From: Seison nebaliae
Lineage: Eukaryota
NCBI GenBank assembly: GCA_023231475.1
Contig: JALJEE010001729.1
Span: 1-34,566, forward strand
Length of the DNA stretch: 34,566 bases
Direction: 5' to 3'
Part shown: one piece after another, positions 10,001-20,591 of the stretch
Layout: each line of letters opens with the position of its first letter
Position numbering within the stretch: position 1 is the first letter of the stretch
Notes under the pieces: generated by a model
What the model was told of the DNA's origin: nothing
The model's database searches: none
What the model saw: only the letters and a program-made list of their open reading frames with translations
Program-made: the position numbers and the translations under genes

Positions 10001-12356
10001 ATTCATCATCAAAGTCGATCAATTGAAAAAAGGAGAAATAATAATTTGTCATGTAATCGAATCGAATCAAGATAAAGAGAAAAAAGAGAAATTGTTCACA
10101 CTTGTTAGAATTGTTCAAAAAGGAATTGATCAACGTCTTCGATTTACCCATTTGAAGAATTTATTATTTAATTGTCGAGAGGAGACAACGGATGATTTGG
10201 ACATATTTAAAATTTTACCATCAATCAAATATTCGGGTTATACGAACATCCTCCAACAATTGTTCAACATCACCAAATTTAACACATTGGATGCTCGCAT
10301 CAGTAAAGAGTTAAGGAATCGTGATCGAATATTCAAACATCTTATGACGAAGAGAGATAATGTAGATCGAGTAGAATTGAACGAACAAATTGATATTCTT
10401 CAAACGACTTATCGTCAAATAATCCGTAAATCTCTTCAACATTTCTCCCAAAATGAATTAACAATTGATTCACGAATTCAATTACAAATATTTCTCGCAA
10501 CTCTTCAATTCCTCCAATATACACCAGTTGAGAAAAGTAATAAATTATTGTGGGATGATGGAACAAATAGAATGTATCCCAATTTGGCAGCTGGTTTACC
10601 TCATTTCGCTTGTGGTCTTTTCCGGATGTGGGGACGAGATATTCTCATTAGTGTACCTGGAACTATCATTGAATTAGGCAGATTAGATGAAGCTAAACGA
10701 ATAATAATTGCATTTGCTAGAACATTCAAATATAATGGATTAATGCCAAATTTGTTAGGTGATGGAGTGAAAGGAAGATATAATTGTCGTGATACTGTCT
10801 GGTGGTTTACTCGAGCAATCAGACTATTAATTGGAAAGATGGAAAAGAAAGATATAATTTCATTGTTATCGACAAAAATTCTTCTACTTCATGAAAATTC
10901 AAAAGAGATTTTATTAAGTGAATTATTATACGAAATTTTAGTTGGACATTTACAAACAATTCATTTTCGTGAAGATCGAGCAGGTAATAAAATTGATCAG
11001 AATTTATTACCATATGGCTTCTTCATTGAAGCTGGAATTGATGAAGAGACTTCTTTCGTTTATGGGGGAAATGAATGGAATGCTGGAACATGGATGGATA
11101 AAGTAGGAGATCGATATGATAAGATTATTCATCAAGTTTCTGATGAAGATCCAAATTATCATGTCGATCAAGCAGATTATGAGAATATTAAAGAAGGACG
11201 ACCAGCCACATCTCGACATGGAAGTGCTATCGAATTAGTTGGTTTACAAATTTCATTTATCAAATGGATCATTCGAATGGTGGAAGATGATTTACTTGAA
11301 TATCATCTAATAAAAATTAAATCAAAGAATTCTTATCGATTCCGTAAAGATGATTTAGAGAATGAAGAAAAATTTTATGAATCGAAAATTTCAAATGGAG
11401 AAAATGATCAATATATCTGTTTGAAGAAATGGAATGAAATTCTTAAAGAGAATTTTCAACAACATTTTTTTGTTGATGAGAAAAAAAATACTTTTTTTAT
11501 CAATCGATTTCTAGTGAATAAAACCGGAATTTTCAAAGATACATATGGATGTTGGCCGGAATATTGCGATTATCAATTACGTCCAAATCAAATTGCTATG
11601 ATTGTATCAGTATTAGATGACGATGAATATTATTGGAAAAGGATGAAATCGATCGATATAGATGAAAGTATTGAACTACTGAATCTTTTCCAAAAAGAAC
11701 TTCCATTAAATTTGGAAGTTTTGATGAATTGTCTCAAAATTATCCAGAAGGAATTGATGGGACCTTTAGGTATTAGAACATTAGTGAAAAATGATTATAA
11801 ATATTCTCCCAATTATGATAAGGATCATTTCTCTTATCATAATGGACCGGAATGGTTATGGCTCGCTGGTTTATATTATGTGGCACTTATCAAAGTTTCA
11901 TTTTATAATTCAATTCAGAAAATGAAAGAACTTCAAAACGATTCTAGTATGACGAAAGAAAAGTTATTAGAAGAATCATTCGTCTCTTACCATGAGGCGA
12001 CATTGGAATTCCGTCAACATTTGTCTCGTTTCGAAGTTTATCTCAATCGATCCACATTGGCATTCTGTTCACAATCGGAACGTGATCAATTATTGATGAC
12101 TATTCGTGATTATCCTTATCTTGATGAGAATACAAAGAATCAAATCAATCGAAATTGGTATAATGGAGAATGGCTAATTGAAACCAAAACCGATTCATGG
12201 ATGTCATTACCAGAATTGACAAATAGTAACGGTCAATGGTGTTATGGTAGCTGCCCAGCACAATGTTGGAGCATCGCTTGCTTTATTGAAGCAATTTTCG
12301 TATTAAACAGATTTGAAAAGCGATTTCAAAAATTGAACAACTCTACAACTTCTTAA
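7062..12356 (+). CDS. AGL: Glycogen debranching enzyme (4-alpha-glucanotransferase/amylo-1,6-glucosidase), 1764 aa, single ORF
   Basis: Transferase motifs: IHFTPIQ, DIVLNH, AHNGWV, RLDNCHSTP, VVAELFT, FMDQTHDN. Glucosidase motifs: AAGLPHF, WGRD, GLMPNL, RYNCRD, GTWMDK, DYQLRPN, YHNGPEW, LPELTN, SCPAQCWS. Confidence 0.97.
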   Translation: MGKNIIILGDDGKYEDGALPDSLDFEGIKLFNVQQDSILRLELHPVLKYLNNHPFVRLHFLTTYPSGDSVKPYSISEKKEIINNEEKRNDLIGNILDEYLNDNHFIYDYHQIDFESSIENMNTNSSSSLCEKWIEMKLNKSGPFSFVLLLEITPNFPKSYIPSNSLKLEKMTNKESLSGILRCLTMNKTINSKDYIILSYSHILVQPKLKVGKKNVPIESLSAITVIPKLLNKNIDKWEDQLSVVSPIDRHSSSSNFNTIHFTPIQPLSPSSHSAYSLTDLLSVNNQFRTKDDESVDYESMANYLKKWRKKCGTRKLFYMSDIVLNHLANESEYLKNNPNFGYNLENSFHLIPAFLLDRLLFYGNFYLKKVSEKQSNFAEIKFDRLSEISPIIQLISNIIHSFQFHQFFQIDKNEMKENIGSRQVKKMDLHQLWRELKMKNEKNFDRYNLKFSEETMEELFSSINFHEMLSIEEFVDRVNDQIRSYIEHDIINRKIIHSLNRSLAYETTKSENRLTKLSINHPLFPSYFHVVDQHLIMKENEKDDEKIDFESISAKELVELIKKRVKSEEKMLKDDEKFPLRCMAHNGWVMSADNKNFALPSKNILDLNVYFRRELISWTDSVKLNFGMENDQPLKEANVSLLRYAINYVLITSAMFDVIRLDNCHSTPIRLARLLMKAARLANPNLVVVAELFTSDGRIDRKYSNLIGINCLIRENMQCHTLNDLQDSTYVYSTSAKSIDNNSYVGSGSGVPMGTLLPISDVFNYKDESAFNFLLPTNPVAMFMDQTHDNKSLWKQRSLKDTLSTAAIISFNNCSIGSTFGVDLFLKNISVVFEKNPYPTADEISIDRMTMNEYRGRLNDLHSHFATNGFSQMFVDKQYSWYDVTVITRCRQTTHSLEKFILFVRSAFHSSDDFNDEINVNGKIDCVIEGKLESFEHVQMVLEDNYELRNVDGKLSGYDGIHIKKTKKLENFCEKSENKFIIKVDQLKKGEIIICHVIESNQDKEKKEKLFTLVRIVQKGIDQRLRFTHLKNLLFNCREETTDDLDIFKILPSIKYSGYTNILQQLFNITKFNTLDARISKELRNRDRIFKHLMTKRDNVDRVELNEQIDILQTTYRQIIRKSLQHFSQNELTIDSRIQLQIFLATLQFLQYTPVEKSNKLLWDDGTNRMYPNLAAGLPHFACGLFRMWGRDILISVPGTIIELGRLDEAKRIIIAFARTFKYNGLMPNLLGDGVKGRYNCRDTVWWFTRAIRLLIGKMEKKDIISLLSTKILLLHENSKEILLSELLYEILVGHLQTIHFREDRAGNKIDQNLLPYGFFIEAGIDEETSFVYGGNEWNAGTWMDKVGDRYDKIIHQVSDEDPNYHVDQADYENIKEGRPATSRHGSAIELVGLQISFIKWIIRMVEDDLLEYHLIKIKSKNSYRFRKDDLENEEKFYESKISNGENDQYICLKKWNEILKENFQQHFFVDEKKNTFFINRFLVNKTGIFKDTYGCWPEYCDYQLRPNQIAMIVSVLDDDEYYWKRMKSIDIDESIELLNLFQKELPLNLEVLMNCLKIIQKELMGPLGIRTLVKNDYKYSPNYDKDHFSYHNGPEWLWLAGLYYVALIKVSFYNSIQKMKELQNDSSMTKEKLLEESFVSYHEATLEFRQHLSRFEVYLNRSTLAFCSQSERDQLLMTIRDYPYLDENTKNQINRNWYNGEWLIETKTDSWMSLPELTNSNGQWCYGSCPAQCWSIACFIEAIFVLNRFEKRFQKLNNSTTS

Positions 12357-13230
12357 GTTGAACTGACTTTTAGAGTAGCTGTCTAAAAAGATGATGATAA
12401 AAAGAATATCACAGAAATTTCGAAGATATTTACGAATTTTTCGATATAAAACACTTAATTTTTCAGTAGTTTTTATGCTTTTATGCCCGTTGCCCTTTAA
12501 CACATTAAATAGTGTGAAAAAGCTTTCGATCTTTTGTCAATAGTTTTGACGATAAAAAATCAAAAAAGAAATGTTTTAAATAAATTTTTATAGAAAATCA
12601 ATTTTTTATGAAAAGAAAATTCGTTAAACAAATAAACTTTAAAGGAATTTTCTTTTGTTTTCCGTTAACGAAGTTTGAAACTTTTATGATAATAATTTTA
12701 ATAAAATATTTCGTCAATAAGTGGTTGACATTGAATTTTTAACGGATTCGAAAGACCGCGAATGGATGACGGGTCATAATTGGCACTCATCGAAAATGAG
12801 AAAAATAGAATATATGAAATCGATGAAATTTATGTATAGTTTTGAAAAGGAATAAAATGTAAAATATTATAGGGGAATTTTTAAAGAATTTAAAATATAT
12901 ATTAGTTTTTGGAAAGATATGAAAAGAGAAATATAATGATTGAGAATAGGTTGAGAAAATATGTTTATCGACGAAGGAGCTAATTATAGATATCTTTCCA
13001 ACAATATTTGTTCCTTAATGAAATGTATAGAAGAAGATGAGGAAGTGAACTGATCAAAACACATCGAATTGTCAATTATGAAAATTTCTTTTAATTATTG
13101 ATCGATGTCTTATTGATTAGTTGCTCTGAGATTCCTCAATCATTTCCCACGTTGATATAGTAAGAGAGTGAGTGAAAGAGATTATCATGCATATTTCCAT
13201 ATAGATCATTTTGGCTATGTTAATTGCCAA

Positions 13231-16200
13231 TCAGATTTTGGGTAATTTTGGCGCTTGAACTAAAGGATTATTTTGAGCTATAACTTTCCTTCCTTCACTT
13301 TTATAGTCGAAAGTACAATTATGGGATTCAGGATTACGATGCGTTGTGCAGAAAGTGAGATTACATCTAAAAATGAAAATATCACAAAATTATTAAACAA
13401 ATGTCAAATATATAATAAGAACCGACACTGATAATTGACACCGAAAACGGTTTTCTTTCCACATTTCGCACAATACTGACGAAATTTTTTCGACTTACTA
13501 TTCTCTAATTTTTTCCCAGATAATCTCGTAGCACTTCCTCTTTGATTTATCACCGGTTGTTGTTGTTGTTGTTGCTGCTGCTGTTGTTGTTGTTGTTGTT
13601 GATGTTGTACTACGAGTGGAATATGATAAGGATCAGTAATTTGTGTTTCAATCGATTTCTGAGTTCTAATAGCTGATCGTTGATGTTGTTGTTGTTGTTG
13701 TTGTTGCTGATGATAATGAATATGACAATGATGATGATGATTTGACATTCTTGAAGATTCAGGTCCCATTTTGGCGTCAGTAGTTGTTGTTGCTCTAGAA
13801 CCGGCCTTCGTTGCAGTTGTAGAATAATCACTAACAAATCCTTTCTTTTCATGACGTCGTTTCTGAGAGGTGACAGAGGCTGATGATAATCTTGATGGAA
13901 CTGTAATTCGATCACTTCTTCTAGAATAATTTGATTTGTCTATCGTCAAACAAGTCTTCTCTTTGATGGGAGAATAAAGATTATTCCAAAACACTTTATT
14001 TCCTTCATCTCCCGCCCCAGTTGTTGTTGTTGTGGTAGTGGCCTGATTGTCGATATTATTCTTTAATAAATTCTTTGGATAAACATCATAAAGATCGACA
14101 TTAAATTCTGCTAATATCGTCGATGAAGGTTTCGTCAATCCATAATTTTCTTGTGACATATCTATATTAGTATCCAATTTCAATGGTTCGATTTCATGCA
14201 CATTCTCCAAATTCCTAAAATTTTCCGAATTTTTCACAGGATTTTCTTTCGTTTGCTTATCAGGTAAAATTGGTGGAAGATGAGATTGAACGAGAGAAGA
14301 ACGTTTTCCTGCATCATTTGGTGGTGGTGGTGGTAATGATGATGAAGAAACGACTGTTGTTGTAGACAATGATACTGAGGGAAGAGATGATGATTTATTT
14401 TCCGCAATATTCGATTTCTGACTTTTCAATTGTTTCAATGAATTCGAATGTTTCATCGTTTTAGATGACGTTAATATTTGTCGATCTGATGGAATTATTA
14501 TAGGAGATGGTTCTGATCGTTTATTCATCGATAATTCGATTTGATTCAAAATATTTTTCTCATTCTCATTCAACTTCATCACTGACGTTGTTGTAGAAGA
14601 TTGCTTCAATTTATTTGGTGTTCCTGTTCTCATCATTCTACCATTGGACGATGATTGAAGTTGACGTCTCGTTCTTTGTTGGTCATCCTTCTTCTCCTTC
14701 TCCACCATCTCACCTAAATACAATTGTTTAGAGAATTGACTTTCTTCCAACATATGCTCGCGAAGTATCACATCATCCAATCTCACCGGTGTCTCAAATC
14801 TCAATAAATAATATAATTCGACACTCTTCTTATCACCATTATTCTTTCGATGATCATTCAACAACTTCATCAATTTCCTTCTTCTTTTATTCAGTCGAAT
14901 ATTCTCCAAAACTTTATTCACCGAATTCTTCGGCGTCTCATCAATCGCCGTATTCGTCGACGTTGTAGTTGTTTTATCGTTGTCTTCCAAAATAAAATTC
15001 GAATAATATTTCACCGGAATCAAAAATGAATATAAATCACGTTCTCTTAAACGTTTCCTAGAATTGGTGTAAAATTTCAAATTTTCATTTCCCATATCGG
15101 TGATCGTCGCACATTGTACCGTATTTGGCAATTGATGATGATGATTATTCTTTTCATCAGCGAATGCACGTGAATACTCGTGAAAAATGAATTTGGGAGA
15201 GATGTGACAACATCTCTTCATTTGTTTCCTTAGACAATTATCAGATTTCAATTCATTTTGATATAATGGTTTCATCGATGATAATTTAGGAGAATTATGT
15301 ATCGTTGTTGACGTGGTAATCGTTGGTGCTTTGCCCATCGATGGTAAGAATTGTGAATAAATGGCACCATCTCTTAGAACTTTCGTTTTCATATTTGGTA
15401 GTTTTGGTATTGTAAAATTGAGAGGATATCCGATTTGTTTCATTAGCGACGAATGATGATCATCAGAAGATTGTGTTTTCAATCGATTTAAATGATTTTT
15501 TAAATGTTTCTTGCAATGCAATGAATTTTCTTCATCTTCATTTAAAATTATCTTTTTAGAATTCTCATTATCTTCCAATATCAATTCTCTATCTTTTATT
15601 TCAAATAATTCCTTCAATTCATCAATCTCATTATCTTTTTCCACTTTATCCATTTTATCTCTTTCATCCATCAGATCTGCTTCCAATCTTCCTACTTCTT
15701 CATCATCATCATCATCTTCTTCTTCTTCTTCTTCTTCTTCTTCTTCATCCTCATCATCATGTTCATTACCATTCTTATTGAGATTTGTTGACTTCAATTG
15801 ATCGATATATGGTTGAATTATTTTTAATGTTTCCGCATCCACCGTTATGGAATGTGCATCATTATCTAATAGATGGAGATTTGTGTTCCTTTGGAATGGA
15901 TAATCGAAGAAGAATTTGTCTTTTGATAATCGAGTTCGATCCATTCGTCGTTTTTCATTCGTCCCATTGTCAATATTTAAATTCTCCAACAGTTTATTAT
16001 TCATCGATGTCTCTTCTTCTTCATCGTCATCAACTTCGTCTTCCACTTCTTCATTCGAATCATCATCTTCTTCTTCTTCATCATCTTCTTCATCTGCCTC
16101 AACTTCGTCATCTTCACAAATACCATCAAGTGACGATATCAAATAATTTAAATTATATCCACTAGACAAACCGTTCGCCAATAAAATGGCAACCCAATTC

Positions 16201-16712
16201 TCAGAGAATTCATCAGTTGATGACGGTTTCTTTATCGATTTTAACAATGAGACGGATGACGGTGGCGAAACTGACGCCGTCGATGATGATAACGATTGAA
16301 CAGATATATTATCGTCACAATTTTGTTGTTGTTGATTATCGATTTTATTGTTCGTTTTCATTTTGGGCGTAATGACTTCCGCATCGATATGATCAGTGAA
16401 AATATCTTCTTCGTTGTCGAGATGAGTCATATAAAGTCGTTGTAGATTAATCGGTCCTCCAGTCATCGAAATGATTAATTTCAATTCAGAATGATCACCA
16501 ATATTACATTGCTTACATGTATCATTGTCATTCTTCAACAATTCATTTCTATATATGAGATTTTGTTGAGATACAGGAATTCCTTGAAGTTGACTAATCT
16601 TTTCTTTGACTGAACGAATTGTGTGGAATGGATATAATTTCATCAGAATTTCTAGACCAGTCATCGTTTTTATTCGAATATGTATCTGTTCACATTTCTC
16701 ATCTTCCTTCAT
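13231..16712 (-). CDS. ZFAND4: ZFAND4/ANUBL1 (N-terminal ubiquitin-like domain + C-terminal AN1 zinc finger), ~1141 aa; exons 16712-13423, 13366-13231
   Basis: The UBL reads IRIKTMTG...TIRSVKEKISQLQGIPVSQQNLIY...LIISMTGGP. Removing a 56-nt intron (13367-13422) completes the AN1 finger CAKCGKKT...YQCR/CNLTFCTTHRNPESHNCTFDYK and the ZFAND4-type ending NPLVQAPKLPKI*. Confidence 0.93.
13556..13740. repeat. Coding trinucleotide repeats (poly-Q, poly-H) in ZFAND4
   Basis: (TGT)n, (TGC)n and (TGA)n runs on the + strand encode Q and H tracts on the minus strand. Confidence 0.85.
15697..16110. repeat. Coding trinucleotide repeats (poly-E/D) in ZFAND4
   Basis: (TCT)n and (TCA)n runs at ~15697-15760 and ~16015-16110 encode acidic tracts. 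Confidence 0.8.
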
Positions 16713-19700
16713 TCTTTATCAATCGGTCGTTCGATCGACAGATCTCAAACGAATATTGATATTCGAAGAAACTTATTCTTCACCTTCAAATTATCAAGAA
16801 AGAAAAAATGGAGGAAGGAAAATTGAAGAAACAATATAAATTATATGAATATAGTATGAAAATTTTTGAGAAATGGACGATTCTTTTTTCAGGTGAAAAA
16901 ATGATATTGGACAATTTTATTTAGATGCAACAATATGGATTTGTATTATGGATTTATGATCATCTCATTTCTCCTTATTTTAAAAGTAATTTACCTAATG
17001 AAAAAATTTCAATTCAATTCCCATATTCATTCCAATTAAAATTTCAAGTATCTATTTCTCCTTTTGTTGTTCATCTTAATCAATTTTTTTCATTATTCAA
17101 TTCATCGACAATTCTTATCGAATCAATCAAACTGACGTATATTTTTGTAAATTAACAGAAATGAATTTTTTCGTAAAGTTCCCGGAATTCCTCATCAATC
17201 AAATAATTTCATTGAATCGATCGGAGAAGACAATGAAGGTGGTGGGTCGATATTAATCGATGATTAATAAAATAAATGAATTCCAATTTACTAATAATTA
17301 CTCTTCAAATAATTATTGAGAATATATTAATGAAATGAAAGGAAAATCGAACGGGAGAGGAAGAAAAGGAAAACCAGCTGCTTTCACCGTTCATTTACGT
17401 TTCTCCTTCTACTCATTCTATCGTTCATCTCCATTCAATTTCTCTCTTCAATGTTGTCGTCATTTCCTCCTTATTCAATATTATCATAACATTTATGCAG
17501 AGAAACTCCATCATTATATATATCATACACACACACAAACATCATACACATAAAGTCCATATCCGGCAACCCACACTCTCACAATTGAAGGGTCCATATG
17601 TATGGAAAGATATTAATGAAAAAAAATTTATGGGAAACATTTCTCACATATTTCCTACACAACATAGTTAGACGTTTTAACATAATTTCATATCATTTCT
17701 ACACACTCACACAAATCTACTACACAGGATGTATATATGTGGAGAATGAGAATAAGAATCAATTCGGACTTATTATACTTCTTCTTAAAACCTTAGTCCT
17801 TTGAATGTCGTATAGCGAATGGATTGTTTATAGAGAATTGTTACATAACATACTTATATAACACATACAATCATTTGCCCGTAATATTTTCTCCATCTCC
17901 TCCTTCTTCTTCTTTTCTTTCATCTAGCTAACATGATAGTTAGACGAAACGAGAGAAATGAAAGGGGAGTGAAGGGAGATATCGGACAAAACAAAATTTC
18001 TCCCAAAAGAAAAACTTCCATGAAAATTTTGAATAATAAAAGAATCGTTCTCCTTCACCGTTGCCATCCGCCCAATATCGTATGAATTCCGAATTGCATC
18101 TTAATACTAACGACATAGTCAAGTCGGATCCCAAATGAATGGGAAGATCTTGTTGTCCTTTGTTTTATATTGAAGGAAGAAGGACGAGATATCTTCTTCG
18201 AATTCAATTCTCTTCCCACTCCCACAACTAACACATATACATAATAGAGAATTACGCGAATGATGTTTAATCGAACGATTGTACGAATCATTTAAGATGA
18301 ATTTAAATAAGAGTATCGTTGTCTTGTTCGAACGAGACGAATAAATTCATTTTCTTCTCATTTAATATACAATAAATATTTCCCCACTGTAAAAATTGGA
18401 ATAAGGTGAAATAAATCGAACAATACAACATCATATGAACAATATGAATCAAATGATCGAATACATTACAAAATTATACGAGCGTCTGCTTCTCTCGTGA
18501 ATATGGTAAATTGCAGCTAAAGGTGACATATGTCTCTATATTTAATTATTTTACTGCCAATTCTTCCCCCTCAAATTCAAAAGGAAACATCAATCTAATC
18601 TTTTCTCCTCAGTTTCTCCGTCATCTCTCCTTCTCCCTAAATTGGGAAGCAACAGACATATTTAAATTGAAAGTTTCCTTCTTCTTCCACCAATCGAGTT
18701 TTATAAGTTTCTCCAAATTATTTTAAACTTATTATAATTCAACCGAACATGAAAGTCCATAAGCAATTTAATTAATATTACACATTCGATCTATTGGAAT
18801 ATTTGTTCTTCGTGTCTTGTCCGCTAGTTAAACGGTTGTCGAAGAATTGGTTAATTAATTTAATGGTATAAATCTCCATTTCCTCCTGTTTGGAGAAGGA
18901 GAAGAAAGAATTAAATTGATTTAATTAACATACGTAAATCCTTTCACATATTCCCCCTCTCGAACTAGTGAGAACTTAAATAAATTAACATTTCTATCAA
19001 AATTTGATCGATTCAAATAATTTTTCGTCAATAAAATTAATTTTGGAAGAAAACACCCCGTCATTTTCCAACCTTATACAATTGAACCAGAAGAAATTCA
19101 AATAAACTCTATTTTTTCTCATATGATATTCTGGTAGATGTGAATTGAAATGAATGTTATTTTATTGTGTTCAATCATTCAATCATCATCATCTACTACA
19201 TCATCATCATCAATTACCTAACATTAGTAGAAGAGAGTTAAGTATTTTATAGGATTGAGTTGAAGGTAAGAACGAAAACTATTCATTTCCCATAACAACA
19301 TTAAACTTTCCAATGTAAACTACGATTTCCTTCCATTTCGAATAATCAGATTCGTTCAAACAGTAACTTCTGTTCTTGTCAATTCTAAGCCCATTGCAAG
19401 AATTGTTTAAAAAAAGTTTTTCCTTCACACTCTCCTCTTATTAACATTATCACCATTAGGAGAATATCAAGAATGATCCAAAAAAAATTTATATTTAACG
19501 AAAAAAATCTCGAAATTTCTTTTCAACTTTCCTTTTCTTTCCATGTTCCTTTAGTTAATATGGAGACAAAAGGGAATTATTGTCGTGGAAACTTGTAGTA
19601 CTAAAACATTCTTTCTATTCTCTCACGCACACACATACACAAACTACTGTATGAAGTGTTATCAATTATTAGATGAAACAAAAAAAAATTAGAGAGAGGA

Positions 19701-19779
19701 AAAATTAAAATTGTTTATTCTGTAAAAACTTATTTTGGTCCAAATGAAAATTTTGAAAAATAGTTAAAAGTATTAAAGT

Positions 19780-20580
19780 TTAGCTTTGCACACTGGTCGC
19801 CATTTCTTGTTGTCGTAGCTGATCACAGTAATTATGCTGCTTCACATTTTCTAGTCCTGAATTAATGACGGCTTGTATGTTATACTTCTTACTCTTCAGG
19901 TTCTCGACGGCCAACATCATTGAATTATAGATTTGATCTTGTAAACGTTTCAATCCGTTTTTAGCTGCATAGAAATTGAATACGAATTTGATTAGGAGAA
20001 TAATGAGAATGAAAAGATTGAGTACAGCAATGAAATGAAGAATTGTTTTCCACATATCGAAATTGTTGAGTTGCAATAAATAATCGTTAGGAAGATCATT
20101 GATTTGGAATGTACGATTTCTTGCGTGCAGTTTCTTTGCATTAATCTTATTCAAGAGCATAGCCGTTTTTGGATGATGTTTCACACGAGTATCATTATCA
20201 AACAATCTCCGAATCTTCCGAATGGACATGTCTAACGATGTGCTATTTCGTTGGACTTTCGTTTTCCATGATTTCCACCAATTCCTAATTTTCAACTGTT
20301 TCTTCTTTACATGCTCCATATTCAATTTCGCCTTTTCTCTTATCAATTTATATTGATCATATTTTTGATTCTTATCTCCTCGTTTACCTTTCCTCAAGAG
20401 TAATCGATTCTTGTAGTTTTGTAATGTCTCTCCATAATCCATAAAAACGGCGTCTTCTTTTCTCATTCCGTCATCTTCCATTAACTTCTTGTTGAATTGG
20501 AGAAAATCGAGATCGAACGAATTATCACAATCATTTAATCGTATCCATTCCAACATTAGAAAGATAATTAAAATTTTCAT
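19780..20580 (-). CDS. Orphan predicted type-I membrane protein (~266 aa)
   Basis: The first ATG is at 20580 (the ORF track start at 20604 is TTG). MKILIIFLMLEW is signal-peptide-like. The ectodomain is basic with RKGKR and sequons NST, NDT and NRT. A TM segment ILHFIAVLNLFILIILLIKFVFNFY is followed by a ~60-aa tail. No family recognised. Confidence 0.65.
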   Translation of the reverse strand: MKILIIFLMLEWIRLNDCDNSFDLDFLQFNKKLMEDDGMRKEDAVFMDYGETLQNYKNRLLLRKGKRGDKNQKYDQYKLIREKAKLNMEHVKKKQLKIRNWWKSWKTKVQRNSTSLDMSIRKIRRLFDNDTRVKHHPKTAMLLNKINAKKLHARNRTFQINDLPNDYLLQLNNFDMWKTILHFIAVLNLFILIILLIKFVFNFYAAKNGLKRLQDQIYNSMMLAVENLKSKKYNIQAVINSGLENVKQHNYCDQLRQQEMATSVQS

Positions 20581-20591
20581 CTTTGTGAGAA

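Noticed and set aside
15511..16165. Poly-Ser and His/Leu-rich plus-strand ORFs
   Set aside because: They are antisense shadows of the acidic trinucleotide repeats in ZFAND4. The same applies to short ORFs nested in AGL, NELF-E, APT and mael.
16925..18726. Several 60-78 aa ORFs in the large intergenic region
   Set aside because: They have low-complexity F/I/S/Y composition typical of AT-rich non-coding DNA, with no motifs or consistent splice structure. No conserved miRNA was recognised by eye.
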